A program made the translations under genes and the position numbers. From an uncultured virus (IMG/VR IMGVR_UViG_3300020582_000004) (Duplodnaviria; Heunggongvirae; Uroviricota; Caudoviricetes): a stretch of 64,000 bases of DNA. Shown here piece after piece: positions 37,098 to 47,089 of this stretch. Below the pieces are notes generated by a model that had not been told where the DNA came from, did not search any database, and worked only from the letters and a program-made list of their open reading frames with translations. The first letter of the stretch is position 1, and each line of letters begins with the position of its first letter. Where the stretch lies: the IMG/VR virus record IMGVR_UViG_3300020582_000004; one strand, given 5' to 3'.

Positions 37098-37760
37098 TCA
37101 CGCTTGGTCTCCTTCCCCGATTCGAAACACGGGCTTGCGACCAAGGACAGCGGCCATGGCTTTGATGATTGCGGCTGCGACTTCGAGATTGCTCTCGTGC
37201 GGCGTAAAGCCAGACGCAGTTTCGTAGGAGGTATCATCGAGGCGCGCGTGATACGAGAGCTGCGCGCCGCGTTCGTCTCGGAACATGAGGACTTGCTTGC
37301 CCTTCATGAACCGCGGCGTTACGGCACCGATGAAGATATCCGGGATCTCGATATTCTTGAGGGGCCGCGAGAGCTGAATCGCGGCGCTGTCCACGAGAAA
37401 ATCCTGCACGACGGCGACGAGGTGACCAGGCCAGTCGTTTGGGCCAGCAGCTTCTTCTCGCGTGCCCGAGCCGAGCGCCCACGCACCGTCCGCGATCCAA
37501 GAGGTTAGCTCGGCGGGCTCGGGCCAGCGTCCCAAGATGCGAAGGTTCTCTGCGTAGATCTTGTTCATGGCGATGGTCTTGACGGACATCGGCACTGCTC
37601 GAACGTTGAAGGCGCGCATCACTTCGAGGCACACGCGCGTCGAGTTCAGGCAGCGCGTCGCCATGAAGTGCTTGCGAAAGATCGGCGTCGCGATCTTCGA
37701 GTACAACCGGATCATCGGACCGGGCTCTTGAGCACGCGCATCGTACTTCCGCTTCTTCAC
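37098..37760 (-). CDS. hypothetical protein, possible transglutaminase-like Cys-His-Asp core
   Basis: RCLNST...GHLVAVV...LVDS. Confidence 0.55.
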   Translation of the reverse strand: MKKRKYDARAQEPGPMIRLYSKIATPIFRKHFMATRCLNSTRVCLEVMRAFNVRAVPMSVKTIAMNKIYAENLRILGRWPEPAELTSWIADGAWALGSGTREEAAGPNDWPGHLVAVVQDFLVDSAAIQLSRPLKNIEIPDIFIGAVTPRFMKGKQVLMFRDERGAQLSYHARLDDTSYETASGFTPHESNLEVAAAIIKAMAAVLGRKPVFRIGEGDQA

Positions 37761-38278
37761 TTAATTTTCTCCAGGAAGTCGAACATGCATTTGTTGTGAC
37801 GAGCGTCCGCGAGCGCGTTGTGCGCATGGGACTCTTGCTTCGGCAACTTCGGGTTGCCGAGCGCGATGCACCGCTGCTTGATGTCGAGACAGATCTTCGG
37901 GAAATGCTTCGGGAGTTCAACCATCCGTCCGAAGAGCTGACAGAGAACCACGAAATCGTAATCAGCGTAGTACCCCCAGATCTCTGGCTTAGGATTAACT
38001 TCGTATCGAATGAACTCTGCGAGCGATGCTGCGATCTCAGCTCTCGAGCACCACGTATCTTGAAACCACCCGTAAACGTCTTTGTTCACTGTGCAGGCAT
38101 CGAGGTGCGGAAGAACATTTTCTTTGAGCCAGTTGCTCACGCTGTATTCGCTCCAGCCGTCTGAAGCCACCGCGTAAAACTCACGGCCGTCGTCACACAC
38201 GAGCGCAAGCGAGATCAGCTCGATGGGCCGGCCGTAACCGGACTCGTGAAACTCGGCGTCGAGGAAGTAACGACTCAT
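37757..38278 (-). CDS. DEDDh 3'-5' exo(ribo)nuclease, Rv2179c/RNase AS-like
   Basis: YFLDAEF...ELISLALV...YYADYDFV...HNALADARH. Confidence 0.88.
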   Translation of the reverse strand: MSRYFLDAEFHESGYGRPIELISLALVCDDGREFYAVASDGWSEYSVSNWLKENVLPHLDACTVNKDVYGWFQDTWCSRAEIAASLAEFIRYEVNPKPEIWGYYADYDFVVLCQLFGRMVELPKHFPKICLDIKQRCIALGNPKLPKQESHAHNALADARHNKCMFDFLEKIK

Positions 38279-38282
38279 GACT

Positions 38283-38621
38283 CTATTGAACGCCCCCTCC
38301 TAAAGCATCGAAGAGGTGAAAGACGAGCGCGCCGTCATCAAGCTGAAACGTTCCGACGAAATTCCAGCCGCTCACTACGTCAGCGTCGTGACCAGTGCCA
38401 ATCGTCGCGAACCTTCGCTTCTCCATGACACGCTCATTCGGATCAAGGAGAACCCACATCACGGCATCATTCTTTTGCGTTGCAACGGAAAGCACTCGCG
38501 CGCCACGTGGCAATTCGATCTCGAACTTACCGGGCTTCACTGGGTACTTGTAGATGCGCTTGTACATGTCGACTCTTTCTGAAAATTCCAGTCTCTCCTG
38601 GGAGTCGCGCACTTCGGGCAC
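38283..38621 (-). CDS. phage hypothetical protein
   Basis: IYKYP...LPRGARVLSV...WVLLDP...IGTGH...VGTFQ...VFHLF. Confidence 0.7.
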   Translation of the reverse strand: MPEVRDSQERLEFSERVDMYKRIYKYPVKPGKFEIELPRGARVLSVATQKNDAVMWVLLDPNERVMEKRRFATIGTGHDADVVSGWNFVGTFQLDDGALVFHLFDALGGGVQ

Positions 38622-38687
38622 CGCCCGTAAAGCCTATACGCCCTTGGGAGGGACGAGCCCAGGCGCCGGCAGCGTGGACCGGCTTCG

Positions 38688-38705
38688 GTAGAACGGCCGT
38701 TCTAC
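38688..38705. promoter_or_regulatory. perfect 18-bp palindrome GTAGAACGGCCGTTCTAC
   Basis: Lies 5 nt past the stop of the RHH gene; operator or hairpin. Confidence 0.45.
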
Positions 38706-38710
38706 GTCAT

Positions 38711-38899
38711 CTATGGATTCCTCCGCGTTTGCCACTCCTCGAACCACCGAGGAGGCTTGTCATCGATCTCGTTTTGGAGCGCGCGAATGAGCACGATGGT
38801 CTCCGTGACCTGCTCCTTGTTCGCCCGGTCCTCGAGCTGCTTCTTCAGCGACCGCGGGATCCTGAAGGTCACCGTTCGTAGGTCATCACCGACTGCCAT
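38711..38899 (-). CDS. ribbon-helix-helix (CopG/Arc-like) regulator
   Basis: TVTFRIPRSLKKQLEDRANKEQVTETIVLIRAL. Confidence 0.7.
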   Translation of the reverse strand: MAVGDDLRTVTFRIPRSLKKQLEDRANKEQVTETIVLIRALQNEIDDKPPRWFEEWQTRRNP

Positions 38900-38906
38900 G
38901 CAGACT

Positions 38907-38935
38907 ACAGTAGCAGCACTGCAAAATGCTGTCAA
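38907..38935 (-). promoter_or_regulatory. sigma70-like promoter (TTGACA-N17-TACTGT), probably leaderless
   Basis: Perfect -35; the -10 ends 7 nt before ATG 38899. Confidence 0.6.
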
Positions 38936-39150
38936 GCCTTCGAAGGCGGCAGCTTAGAGCGGCTCGATCACTTCGTACTCAGCGACCGTCGACACGCGGC
39001 AGCTCGAACGGCCATAGAGCTGGACCCCCGAGTACGGTTCCTTGTGCAGGTGCGAGTGCGGAATGGGAGCCATGCCGAGCGTCTCACGGATGGCGTTGAT
39101 GAAGGCCGCGCGATGCGCGTGATCCCACTTGTCAGCTTTTGCGGTCGCCA

Positions 39151-39405
39151 TCAGTGAAGCTCTCTCAACAAGGACTCCGAGCGCTCTTGATAACATTTTG
39201 GACAACAAGGGCGAGCTGAAAAATCGATGCTCTTTCTTTGCTCTGGATCGCGATCTGGCATGAGCTTTTGTCCGCACGCGCAGATCATCGGAGCGAAGCG
39301 CGGAAGCTCGTCGTCTTTCGTTTGGTACACGCGCTCGCAGTTCGCGCAAACGATGTGACCTTCCCACTCGACTCGCTCGTGATCGTCGCACTCAATCGTC
39401 GTCAT
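39151..39405 (-). CDS. Cys-rich hypothetical protein
   Basis: CANC, CAC, CCPKC. Confidence 0.5.
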   Translation of the reverse strand: MTTIECDDHERVEWEGHIVCANCERVYQTKDDELPRFAPMICACGQKLMPDRDPEQRKSIDFSARPCCPKCYQERSESLLRELH

Positions 39406-39798
39406 CGTGGGTTCATCATACTCACGGGCCGCTCAGTGCGCACTCGAGAAACTCGTAAGGCACTTTGCCTTCTTCTTCTGCAACGTACACGCTGAGGTCT
39501 TTGTCGACTCTGATGACTGCGAGCCAAATAGTTTTGTCCGTACGATTGTCGACGGCAAAGACATCGAATGAAGCGGCTCCTGTAAGCTTTGAGCTGTGAA
39601 CGCCTGTCACAGTCATCGAGTAATCGCCGCGGTCTTTATCGTAGTTACTTCGCTTCGTCTTCCCACGAGCTATTGCACGAGTTTGAGGCCTGCCGAATGC
39701 CATAGCGCATCGGTCGCGAAGAAACGTCGCTACTTTCCTTGGCGACCAGCCTTGTCCGCCAGCATAAACGACTTGAGATGAACGACGATTTGAAGCCA

Positions 39799-40278
39799 TC
39801 ACCAATAGCCGTGCCAACCGTATCCGTACTCCATCGGCGCTGCATACCATTCATCGGGCCAGTACCCCACTGCGTACTTGGCATTCATTGCTAGCCTTCG
39901 CCGTTCGGACTCTTCAGGTTCGTACGGAATCCCAGCAGGAGCACCGAGTGTTTCCCACCAAGAATCGTACGACATGCCGATGGGACCGTTGAAACCAGCT
40001 CTCATCAAACGCGCACCGGGATCCCGCGAAGTCGCGTGCGTCAAGAACGCATCGATCTGATCCCAGGCATGAGGCCCGAGCCCCGCGTCATCGGTAATCT
40101 GCGCTCGAACGCCGCCTTCTTCAACATCGTGGACCACGTTGAAGCGTACGCCTTGCCAGATGCAGCGAGCAAAGCTTGGCCTCTCTAACGAGCACGATGC
40201 TCCTGCATGTCTCAAGCCCTCGATGAGATCGATGAACGCGCCATCAGAGACTGGAGGATAGAAATGCAGGTTCAACAT
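39799..40278 (-). CDS. hypothetical protein with aromatic C-terminus
   Basis: Fills the chain; tail GYWPDEWY...GYGWHGYW. Confidence 0.55.
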   Translation of the reverse strand: MLNLHFYPPVSDGAFIDLIEGLRHAGASCSLERPSFARCIWQGVRFNVVHDVEEGGVRAQITDDAGLGPHAWDQIDAFLTHATSRDPGARLMRAGFNGPIGMSYDSWWETLGAPAGIPYEPEESERRRLAMNAKYAVGYWPDEWYAAPMEYGYGWHGYW

Positions 40279-40287
40279 AGAAGGAGG

Positions 40288-40497
40288 TCACCGATGCTGT
40301 ACAGAGCCGCCACCACCGTTTGCGACGCCCATCGAGCAACTCTGAGCGCCCGAACCGAGCAAAAAGGCCAAGAGCCCCATCGCGAACATAATGCGCCCAA
40401 TTTCAGCGACTGACGTCTTCGAGACGCTGACGCAGAAAAAGTACATGACGAGGCCAGCGACGAACACGAGCACAGGGATCAGGGCAACGATTGTCAT
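40288..40497 (-). CDS. small two-TM membrane protein
   Basis: Two hydrophobic helices flanking AEIGRIMF. Confidence 0.65.
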   Translation of the reverse strand: MTIVALIPVLVFVAGLVMYFFCVSVSKTSVAEIGRIMFAMGLLAFLLGSGAQSCSMGVANGGGGSVQHR

Positions 40498-40563
40498 GCT
40501 ACCAAGATTACCAGTCTCGCTTCGTGGATGCCAACTGCGCCAAAATCCGAAAATGTGAAGTGG

Positions 40564-40833
40564 TCAGTACTTCAGATCGCGAAGGACACGCGCCACCTGC
40601 AAGTAGAAGTCCGGACCAGCCAGCGCGGCATGTTCCAACGCTTCATGGGCGTACTCGGCAACATCCATGAGTTCGGTGAGCGAGCCCGACGACGCATACG
40701 ATTGATATGAAACGATCGCTCGAGCGCTCCACGTGATGGCCGTCGATTTTTGGATCTCATGCAGCGTTGTCTGCGCAAGCTCGAGAGACGCCTTGTGAAT
40801 CGCATCGGCTAATTCCACTTCGAATGAAGCCAT
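40564..40833 (-). CDS. hypothetical protein
   Basis: AGGAG RBS; EYAHEALEHAAL. Confidence 0.6.
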   Translation of the reverse strand: MASFEVELADAIHKASLELAQTTLHEIQKSTAITWSARAIVSYQSYASSGSLTELMDVAEYAHEALEHAALAGPDFYLQVARVLRDLKY

Positions 40834-40844
40834 GGTCTTTGCTC

Positions 40845-41126
40845 CTAGAAGCGCGTCACGAGAGAAGGTGGCGGAGGGAACGTATCGGCTCGTGCGCTGC
40901 GCTCAGCTCGCTCAACGTCTTTGTCGACGAAGTCTTTGTTGTCGAATGCGAACGCGAGTGCGGAGAGAACCTTGGCGGGTCCGAGCGCAGGATAACGCTT
41001 GATGAGCGTCTCGGCAGGAACGCCACGACGAAACCAGTCCCAAATGCGACGCACGGGAATCTCGGTGCCGATGACGAACGGACTCTCATCTCGAACCTCG
41101 ATGTGCGGATAGTCAACCATGCTCAT
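40845..41126 (-). CDS. DUF433-domain (antitoxin-like) protein
   Basis: PFVIGTEIPV...G...ETLIKRYPAL...VLSALAF. Confidence 0.75.
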   Translation of the reverse strand: MSMVDYPHIEVRDESPFVIGTEIPVRRIWDWFRRGVPAETLIKRYPALGPAKVLSALAFAFDNKDFVDKDVERAERSARADTFPPPPSLVTRF

Positions 41127-42147
41127 AGCCCCTTGCAACACTTGCAAAACTTCACTGGGTAACCACGATCTTCCAAGTCAGCGATGACCTCTTCCGAGGC
41201 TTCATCGCGTATAACCTTGCCTCTACGTCTCGCGGCATTCGTCACGAGCGGACAGCTAGAACGATGAACACGTGCCGCGAGTTCGGGTTTTGACACAGTG
41301 TTGAACAAGAGGACAAGTTTTTCGCCGGTCATAAAATCGGCTCCTTGAGCGCCGTGGCGATGGCTTTCTCGTCAGGCCCGCGCACCTCAACGCCGCCAGC
41401 GGCGCTTGCCATGACGACGTTACAGCGCTCGATGAAACGAGAAGTGCGTGTCGTGCTCATCACGTAGACATAAAAGATCCACGTGCCAGGTGCATCCTCC
41501 GCCGCTACAACCTTACCAACTTCGGTATCCGGATCATCGGCAAACGCGAAAGCGCAGCGCGAGGCAAGCGCCTCGGCAACTGCGTATGCGGCTTTGTCCT
41601 CAATCAATCCGACTACGTGCACGAGGCTACCGCTTTCTTGCCTTCGTCAGTCGGAATCCAAATCGATTCTTCAACGAGAGGATCGCGAACACGAGCCGGC
41701 CAAATGATGTGGCCTTCCTGTTTCTTCAACAAGCCTTCACGAACAAGCTCTTCGGCGTGAGCATGAGCGCCGTAATACGGACACTCGTGGCCATGCCAGT
41801 ATCCAGTTTGCACGGCGCCGCACTCTACGGCTGTCTTTAGGAAGCTCATCTTGGAATGCGGACTGTCCCCGCGGCCTCGCCAGTAATCATCTCGGTTTTC
41901 CTCGAAGCCCATGGGCACGCTCTACTTTTTGTTCACCACGTATCCGTAGGCTTCGAGCCACTTGATGACGTGCGGAATGTCTGACTCTTCTAATGTCTCG
42001 ACGTACGCATCGCGACTAGCGAATGCCGCATCTTCGCGCTCATGAGCGAGACGAATAGCAAGAGCGGCTTCTCGCTCTTCAGGAGTTCCGTAACTCATCT
42101 CATCGAGCAAGTCGCTGTCGCCATGACCAAAGATCATTCCCATAACG

Positions 42148-42510
42148 TCACCTCACGTATCCATAAATCAGATAGCCGCCTTTGACGCCCTCATAAGGTC
42201 GAACCTCGACGCCCTCGGCACCTTCGATCACAGGCTTGGAAAGCGCGACTACTTCCATCGCGCGCTTTCGAGATTCTTCGCGCTCGAAGTCGATCTGATC
42301 GCTGGCTTTAACATGAAGCCCTCGATTGTGCTCCGCACGACGCCTTCGATCGCAGCCCTTGCAACGTGACTGACGGCCGTCTTTGCTCGATGTGGACGTG
42401 TAGAACGCGGCGAGCGGGAATGGAAAGCTGCAGTCGATGCATTCTTTCAGCTCGCTCAAGCTGCTCGTAGGGAGCGAAGGCGACGAAGACGATTCTTCTA
42501 CTAGTTCCAT
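42148..42510 (-). CDS. zinc-finger protein (type often found N-terminal to HNH/EndoVII domains)
   Basis: KECIDC...PLAAFY...KDGRQSRCKGC. Confidence 0.6.
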   Translation of the reverse strand: MELVEESSSSPSLPTSSLSELKECIDCSFPFPLAAFYTSTSSKDGRQSRCKGCDRRRRAEHNRGLHVKASDQIDFEREESRKRAMEVVALSKPVIEGAEGVEVRPYEGVKGGYLIYGYVR

Positions 42511-42521
42511 TTCGCTTTTTC

Positions 42522-43067
42522 CTACTTGAGCCATTTGAGACAGCCTTTGGGCGCATCGGGTATGTCGCGCACGATGACGAAGTCCTGATTGTACTTCGCA
42601 CAAAATGCACGCTCTTCGATGTAATAATACTCTCGAGCCCAGAACCGATCATCGCTCAGATCGTAGTTCTCGTCTTTGTTCGTCAGTATCCATGCAGCGT
42701 TATCAGCAGACGCTGGAGACACCGGAGTGACGTGCGGCGTGCTTTGCGAATGAAGGCAAAGCGTAATGCTCATGACAACCCACGCGAGCGCAATGCCGCT
42801 TAGATAACCGACGAAGTCGCCGATCCCATCGAGCCAGGTTTGTTTCGGACGCTCGAACATCATGTCGTACCAAAATTCCTTAATCGCGGCAAAAACAAAC
42901 ATGAAGGCACTGACGCCTATACACCAATGCATGTTGCTTGATGAGATGAGCGCTGTGCTTAGTATGATGAGGCAAGCCCACCCGACGTGAGCCATCGCGG
43001 CCAAGAACGTCACCGAGTTCATGAAATCAGAGTGCGTCGTCAGCCACTCTTTGATTTTGGCCCACAT
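42522..43067 (-). CDS. multi-pass membrane protein
   Basis: Three TM helices with AH, KEFWYD and DF polar motifs. Confidence 0.65.
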   Translation of the reverse strand: MWAKIKEWLTTHSDFMNSVTFLAAMAHVGWACLIILSTALISSSNMHWCIGVSAFMFVFAAIKEFWYDMMFERPKQTWLDGIGDFVGYLSGIALAWVVMSITLCLHSQSTPHVTPVSPASADNAAWILTNKDENYDLSDDRFWAREYYYIEERAFCAKYNQDFVIVRDIPDAPKGCLKWLK

Positions 43068-43068
43068 G

Positions 43069-43947
43069 TCAGACTGACGGCGTCGTGGGCTTTGACGGAA
43101 ACAGCGCGACGATCGCATTGACCTTGTTCGCGTCCCCGCCCATCGCGATCCACGCTGCGGCCTGATCGCATACGTGGCGACCGTGCGAGTCGTAGCCGGT
43201 GTTCTTGTTGAACTGGAGCGCCGAGAACGTGACGAAGCTCTCGGGGTCCACCGATGCCATGAACGAGGGACTCACCCAGCACCACGCGCCCCACGTCCAA
43301 AGGCGGTAGTTGCCCGAAGCGTCCACGTCTGCGAGCGGCGTGAAGTGGCCGTTCTCGGGATCAGGCGTCATGGGCGAAAGGAACGACGCGCCGAGAGCAA
43401 ACTCGTTCAAAAACTCGTCAGGCACCGACCAAGCAACGTTGACCGCATAGAATTGATCGATGAAGTACTGCGCTAACGAGGTGTTCGTCACATCGAAGTC
43501 CATGTGATCGCAAACAACCGCAGTCGTGTCTCCTGCGAGGCCCGTCATCCAAATCCCGCCCGAGCCAACGAGCATGTCTTCCGTCGTGCCGTTGTCGCCG
43601 CCTGAAACTTGCTCGTACTGTGCAACGAGCGCGCTTTGATCGACAAGGCACTCGATGAAACCGGGTTGTCCTTGACCGAATGTACGAATCTCATCAACGT
43701 GCGCGCACATCACAGGCCCGCAGTCTCCGTACTGATCATTGCCGAGCATTTGACAAGTGACAGCTGCATTACCTGTGCAGTCCACGGGAAGCACTGTCGT
43801 CGGAACAGGAGCCGTATGAGATGCGTGAGGCGCCAAAGCCTTCATCGTAGGCGTACGTCGCATCAAATCGCGATGTACGAAGTGCACCCACGTGCCATGC
43901 TTCTCGAGCCATTTCTTACGGGCGAGTGCGGTCTTTTTCATGATCAC
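43069..43947 (-). CDS. putative papain-fold cysteine peptidase/amidase
   Basis: MLGNDQYGDC (Cys), NGHF (His), WTWG. Confidence 0.6.
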   Translation of the reverse strand: MIMKKTALARKKWLEKHGTWVHFVHRDLMRRTPTMKALAPHASHTAPVPTTVLPVDCTGNAAVTCQMLGNDQYGDCGPVMCAHVDEIRTFGQGQPGFIECLVDQSALVAQYEQVSGGDNGTTEDMLVGSGGIWMTGLAGDTTAVVCDHMDFDVTNTSLAQYFIDQFYAVNVAWSVPDEFLNEFALGASFLSPMTPDPENGHFTPLADVDASGNYRLWTWGAWCWVSPSFMASVDPESFVTFSALQFNKNTGYDSHGRHVCDQAAAWIAMGGDANKVNAIVALFPSKPTTPSV

Positions 43948-44393
43948 GAACCTCCGTCAACGAGCTTGAGAGCCGCATCGTGAATCGTTTGAACGCGCGA
44001 ACGCTGTGCGTCGGTGAGCACGATGTTCGCAAGGTGCGTCGGAAGAAGCTTGGGCTTGAATGTAGCAACTGCGGCGCCGCCATCTGCGCTCGGAGGCCCG
44101 CCGCCATCTGCCACGCTCGCGGGCGTCGCGAGAAGGTCCTCGGCCAGCGTAATGAGCTGCGAGACGAGCAGCGGTCCACACTGTGCAAGAATCTGAGCTG
44201 GATCCATGAGGCCGCCCTGAAGAAGCTGACCGACGACGCACTCGACGTCGCCGAGCCCGTCAGCCGGGATCTGCGAATCGATGATCGCCACTTGTGCAGG
44301 CGTGCACGAGGTCTCCGACATGCACACCGCGACACTTCCACTCGCGCTCAGAATCATGGCGAACGTAGACCCAGCTAAAATATTGCGTAGCAT
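43944..44393 (-). CDS. secreted or lipoprotein-like protein
   Basis: Signal-like N-terminus; paired Cys. Confidence 0.55.
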   Translation of the reverse strand: MLRNILAGSTFAMILSASGSVAVCMSETSCTPAQVAIIDSQIPADGLGDVECVVGQLLQGGLMDPAQILAQCGPLLVSQLITLAEDLLATPASVADGGGPPSADGGAAVATFKPKLLPTHLANIVLTDAQRSRVQTIHDAALKLVDGGS

Positions 44394-44394
44394 T

Positions 44395-44700
44395 TCAGTT
44401 TCTCCTCACTTCTTTTGCGTCTTTCACAACATGCACAATATGCTCGAATCTCGGTTTCGTTTCGCCGGAATCGAGTACGACCAACTCGGTAAAGTTTGCC
44501 ATCGTGCGAGTCCAAAGCGTGCCATGCAAAATGGACTCATAAAGCACGACTGGCTTGAGCGTTTCTTCATCAATCGAGACGGCAATCGCCCAATACTCGG
44601 GACCCTTATAGTGTTTGTACAATCCAAGAGGAAACTCGAGCGCCTCGAGCTTTGCCTGTGCGAGGTCTTTCTCATCTAGCGTTTCAGGTATGTCGGTCAC
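44395..44700 (-). CDS. DUF1653-family protein
   Basis: GLYKHYKG.EY...EET...VVLY...LWTR...F...RF. Confidence 0.85.
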   Translation of the reverse strand: MTDIPETLDEKDLAQAKLEALEFPLGLYKHYKGPEYWAIAVSIDEETLKPVVLYESILHGTLWTRTMANFTELVVLDSGETKPRFEHIVHVVKDAKEVRRN

Positions 44701-44970
44701 TTACTTCTTCTCTCCTGTTAAAGGCGGCCTGAGTGATTCGTTTTTCGTAATGGGCTCTTCCGGCGAAAAAGAATCAGCGGCGGCTGCAGCTTCAGCCGCC
44801 CGCGCTCGCTCGCGCATCGCATTCAGGATCGTGTGCGGAAAGAAGCCGACCGCGATGCCGATGATGACGAAGAGCGCGTGACTTGGAACCGTGCCCTTGT
44901 AGACCAAAAACGAGACGCAGATGGTCAAGATCGACAAGAAAAAAGTCGCCGGCCACGTGAGCGACGGCAT
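44701..44970 (-). CDS. two-TM holin-like protein
   Basis: Two TM helices plus charged C-terminal tail. Confidence 0.5.
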   Translation of the reverse strand: MPSLTWPATFFLSILTICVSFLVYKGTVPSHALFVIIGIAVGFFPHTILNAMRERARAAEAAAAADSFSPEEPITKNESLRPPLTGEKK

Positions 44971-45260
44971 CAGGAGCCGCCTCCCGAACCCCCATTGAAC
45001 GAGCGCCGCGATCGAAGCCGGTAAAGAAGCACACCTGCCGAAAGCGCAGCTGCGGCGACGACTTGCCCTACTTGAACGTGCTTTTCCCAGTCCTCAAGCT
45101 CACGCGCCGAGCCGCCTCGAACATGCGGAGCCTGAGTCTGAAGCGTGTAGTATGCAACGCCTGCGGCTCCAACGGCGAAGGGCAAAATGCCGTTCAGATT
45201 CACGCCAAATAGACGCTTTGACATGGTGCGAATTATCGCTCTTTCCAGCGCTGGGAGCAA
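44970..45260 (-). CDS. small two-TM protein (paralogue of 33154..33384)
   Basis: LPFAVGAAGVAYY...WEKH...LSAGVLLY. Confidence 0.6.
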   Translation of the reverse strand: MLPALERAIIRTMSKRLFGVNLNGILPFAVGAAGVAYYTLQTQAPHVRGGSARELEDWEKHVQVGQVVAAAALSAGVLLYRLRSRRSFNGGSGGGS

Positions 45261-46000
45261 AATGCTTCAATTCGTCAGCCGTGCAAACCCGAAGGCCGCA
45301 TGCACGGGATCTCGGAGCCATGAGGGATGCCGCAAAACGAACAGATGAACGCCATCTCCGGCTTGGGTGAGTCAGAAGAAGCAGAAGCGGAAGCGGTTTT
45401 TGACCAGCACTTGTAACAGCCGAGAGCCACTCGACATCGCTTCGGATCAGTCATGCGTCCAGCAACAGGTTGCGGCGCAAAAATGACATGGCCGCACGAG
45501 AGTCGCGCGGAAAAGTAACCGGGATGCGGATAAGCCTCTGACGCGATAAAACGCCAGCCTTCTACGAGCATGGACGGAAAGAGGTGGCCTGCTGCATGCC
45601 AAAGCTGCTCAAGCTCTGCCTGATTCATACTCTTTTTTCCTCAACCTCGAATTCCTCTGCATCGGATTCATGCGTAGCAAAATGATAGTGGTAGCACCAA
45701 TCGCAGACTGCCACATCACACTCGAAGCAAGACCAGATTTCTGGATCGTTGTGTTTCTGTTGCCGCTTGATGTTGCGACCACACATGCACGTTCCGAACT
45801 TCTGAATCCGAGTCACTTAAGCTCAAAGCCGGGATGTGACAAGATCCAGTAGCCGCAATTGAGACAAGAGCCGCTCACGGCACGTGTGTAACCAGACTTG
45901 ATACACTGACGCATGATTTCCTTACCGCGTTCCACACTCCACTCATGTGAGTGAAACTTCAGCCACTCAGGATACATGCGACTCACCGTGACGCCGCGCC

Positions 46001-46366
46001 TCATTTCTCATCCAAGATGCGACGAATATGAAGGTTGGCGTCCACTGCGATCGAGACACAGCTCGCGGTGCCGCGGCCACCTGGAAACGCCACCACGATG
46101 CACTCCCAGCCAGCACTCTCGAGCGCCTTGACAATCTTTACCATGATGGCGTTTCGCATCGGACCTGCGGCTTTTCCACGCTTGGCCCAATTTGCTGGAA
46201 AAATGCCGTAATGAATTCCGTGCGCTTCAGCCCATTTGCGAACCAATTCATCGGCGCCGATGGCTCCGCCCTCGATCACGAGGTCCGGCTTTAGCTCATC
46301 GAGCGTCTCGAAGACGCAATCTGAGTCACGATAATCGCGTCCACCTGTCACGAGCACACACTTCAT
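46001..46366 (-). CDS. SLOG-superfamily (YspA/DUF2493-like) protein
   Basis: VLVTGGRDY...GGAIGAD...ANW...GKAAGPMRN...AFPGGRGT. Confidence 0.88.
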   Translation of the reverse strand: MKCVLVTGGRDYRDSDCVFETLDELKPDLVIEGGAIGADELVRKWAEAHGIHYGIFPANWAKRGKAAGPMRNAIMVKIVKALESAGWECIVVAFPGGRGTASCVSIAVDANLHIRRILDEK

Positions 46367-46650
46367 ACTGGCCTCGAGACGATGCCCATGCGCTCCGGCA
46401 CTGTTGAACCATAATCGCTTTCATCTTCACGCGCGATGCGCTGCATGCCGACGATGCAACCCGGATCAAAACTGTCACGTCTCAAGTTGGCTCCAAGGCG
46501 CTCCATGAACCAGTCTTCTGTGTCGCCGATCGTCCACCCAATCGGAATCGAGACTTCCACGGTCACAGACAAGCGATGCGTTTTAGTTTGATGAAGGATA
46601 GGCACTTTTACCTTCTTTTGAGCCTTCGCCTTTATCTTCGCCTTCTTCAT
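46363..46650 (-). CDS. hypothetical protein
   Basis: Coupled at both ends. Confidence 0.5.
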   Translation of the reverse strand: MKKAKIKAKAQKKVKVPILHQTKTHRLSVTVEVSIPIGWTIGDTEDWFMERLGANLRRDSFDPGCIVGMQRIAREDESDYGSTVPERMGIVSRPV

Positions 46651-47069
46651 TCGCTGACTTCCTCGTTTTCTTTACGCCTCAAGCGCCCCGAGATTTTGAG
46701 ACCGCTCTTCTCGACGTCATCGAGCGCGGCCACGACCACGTTCTCGACACGCATCATGGCATGCGGGCCTAAAAGCACGAATGCTTGCCTATCGGCGAGA
46801 AGGACTTCAATCGCCGCGAGCGCTCTCAACGCAGCATCGCGTTGCTCGGCAATGATTGTTGCGTCATTCGAGATGCGAACAAACCTTGCGGTTATTTCGC
46901 TGGCCATCTGCGCCATCGGCGTTGTCTCTTTTTGAAGAGCCTTCAACGTGTCTTCGCAGCCGCGCGCATATGCATCACGGCAAATGGGAATCTCACAGTC
47001 AGCTTGCCCAACGGGCACGAGACTTCCGCACCTACGACAAGAATGACCAATGGGCTCGATGTCAGACAT
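46647..47069 (-). CDS. zinc finger plus helical hypothetical protein
   Basis: CRRC...C...C. Confidence 0.55.
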   Translation of the reverse strand: MSDIEPIGHSCRRCGSLVPVGQADCEIPICRDAYARGCEDTLKALQKETTPMAQMASEITARFVRISNDATIIAEQRDAALRALAAIEVLLADRQAFVLLGPHAMMRVENVVVAALDDVEKSGLKISGRLRRKENEEVSE

Positions 47070-47089
47070 ACGACTCTCTATGCCCGGCG

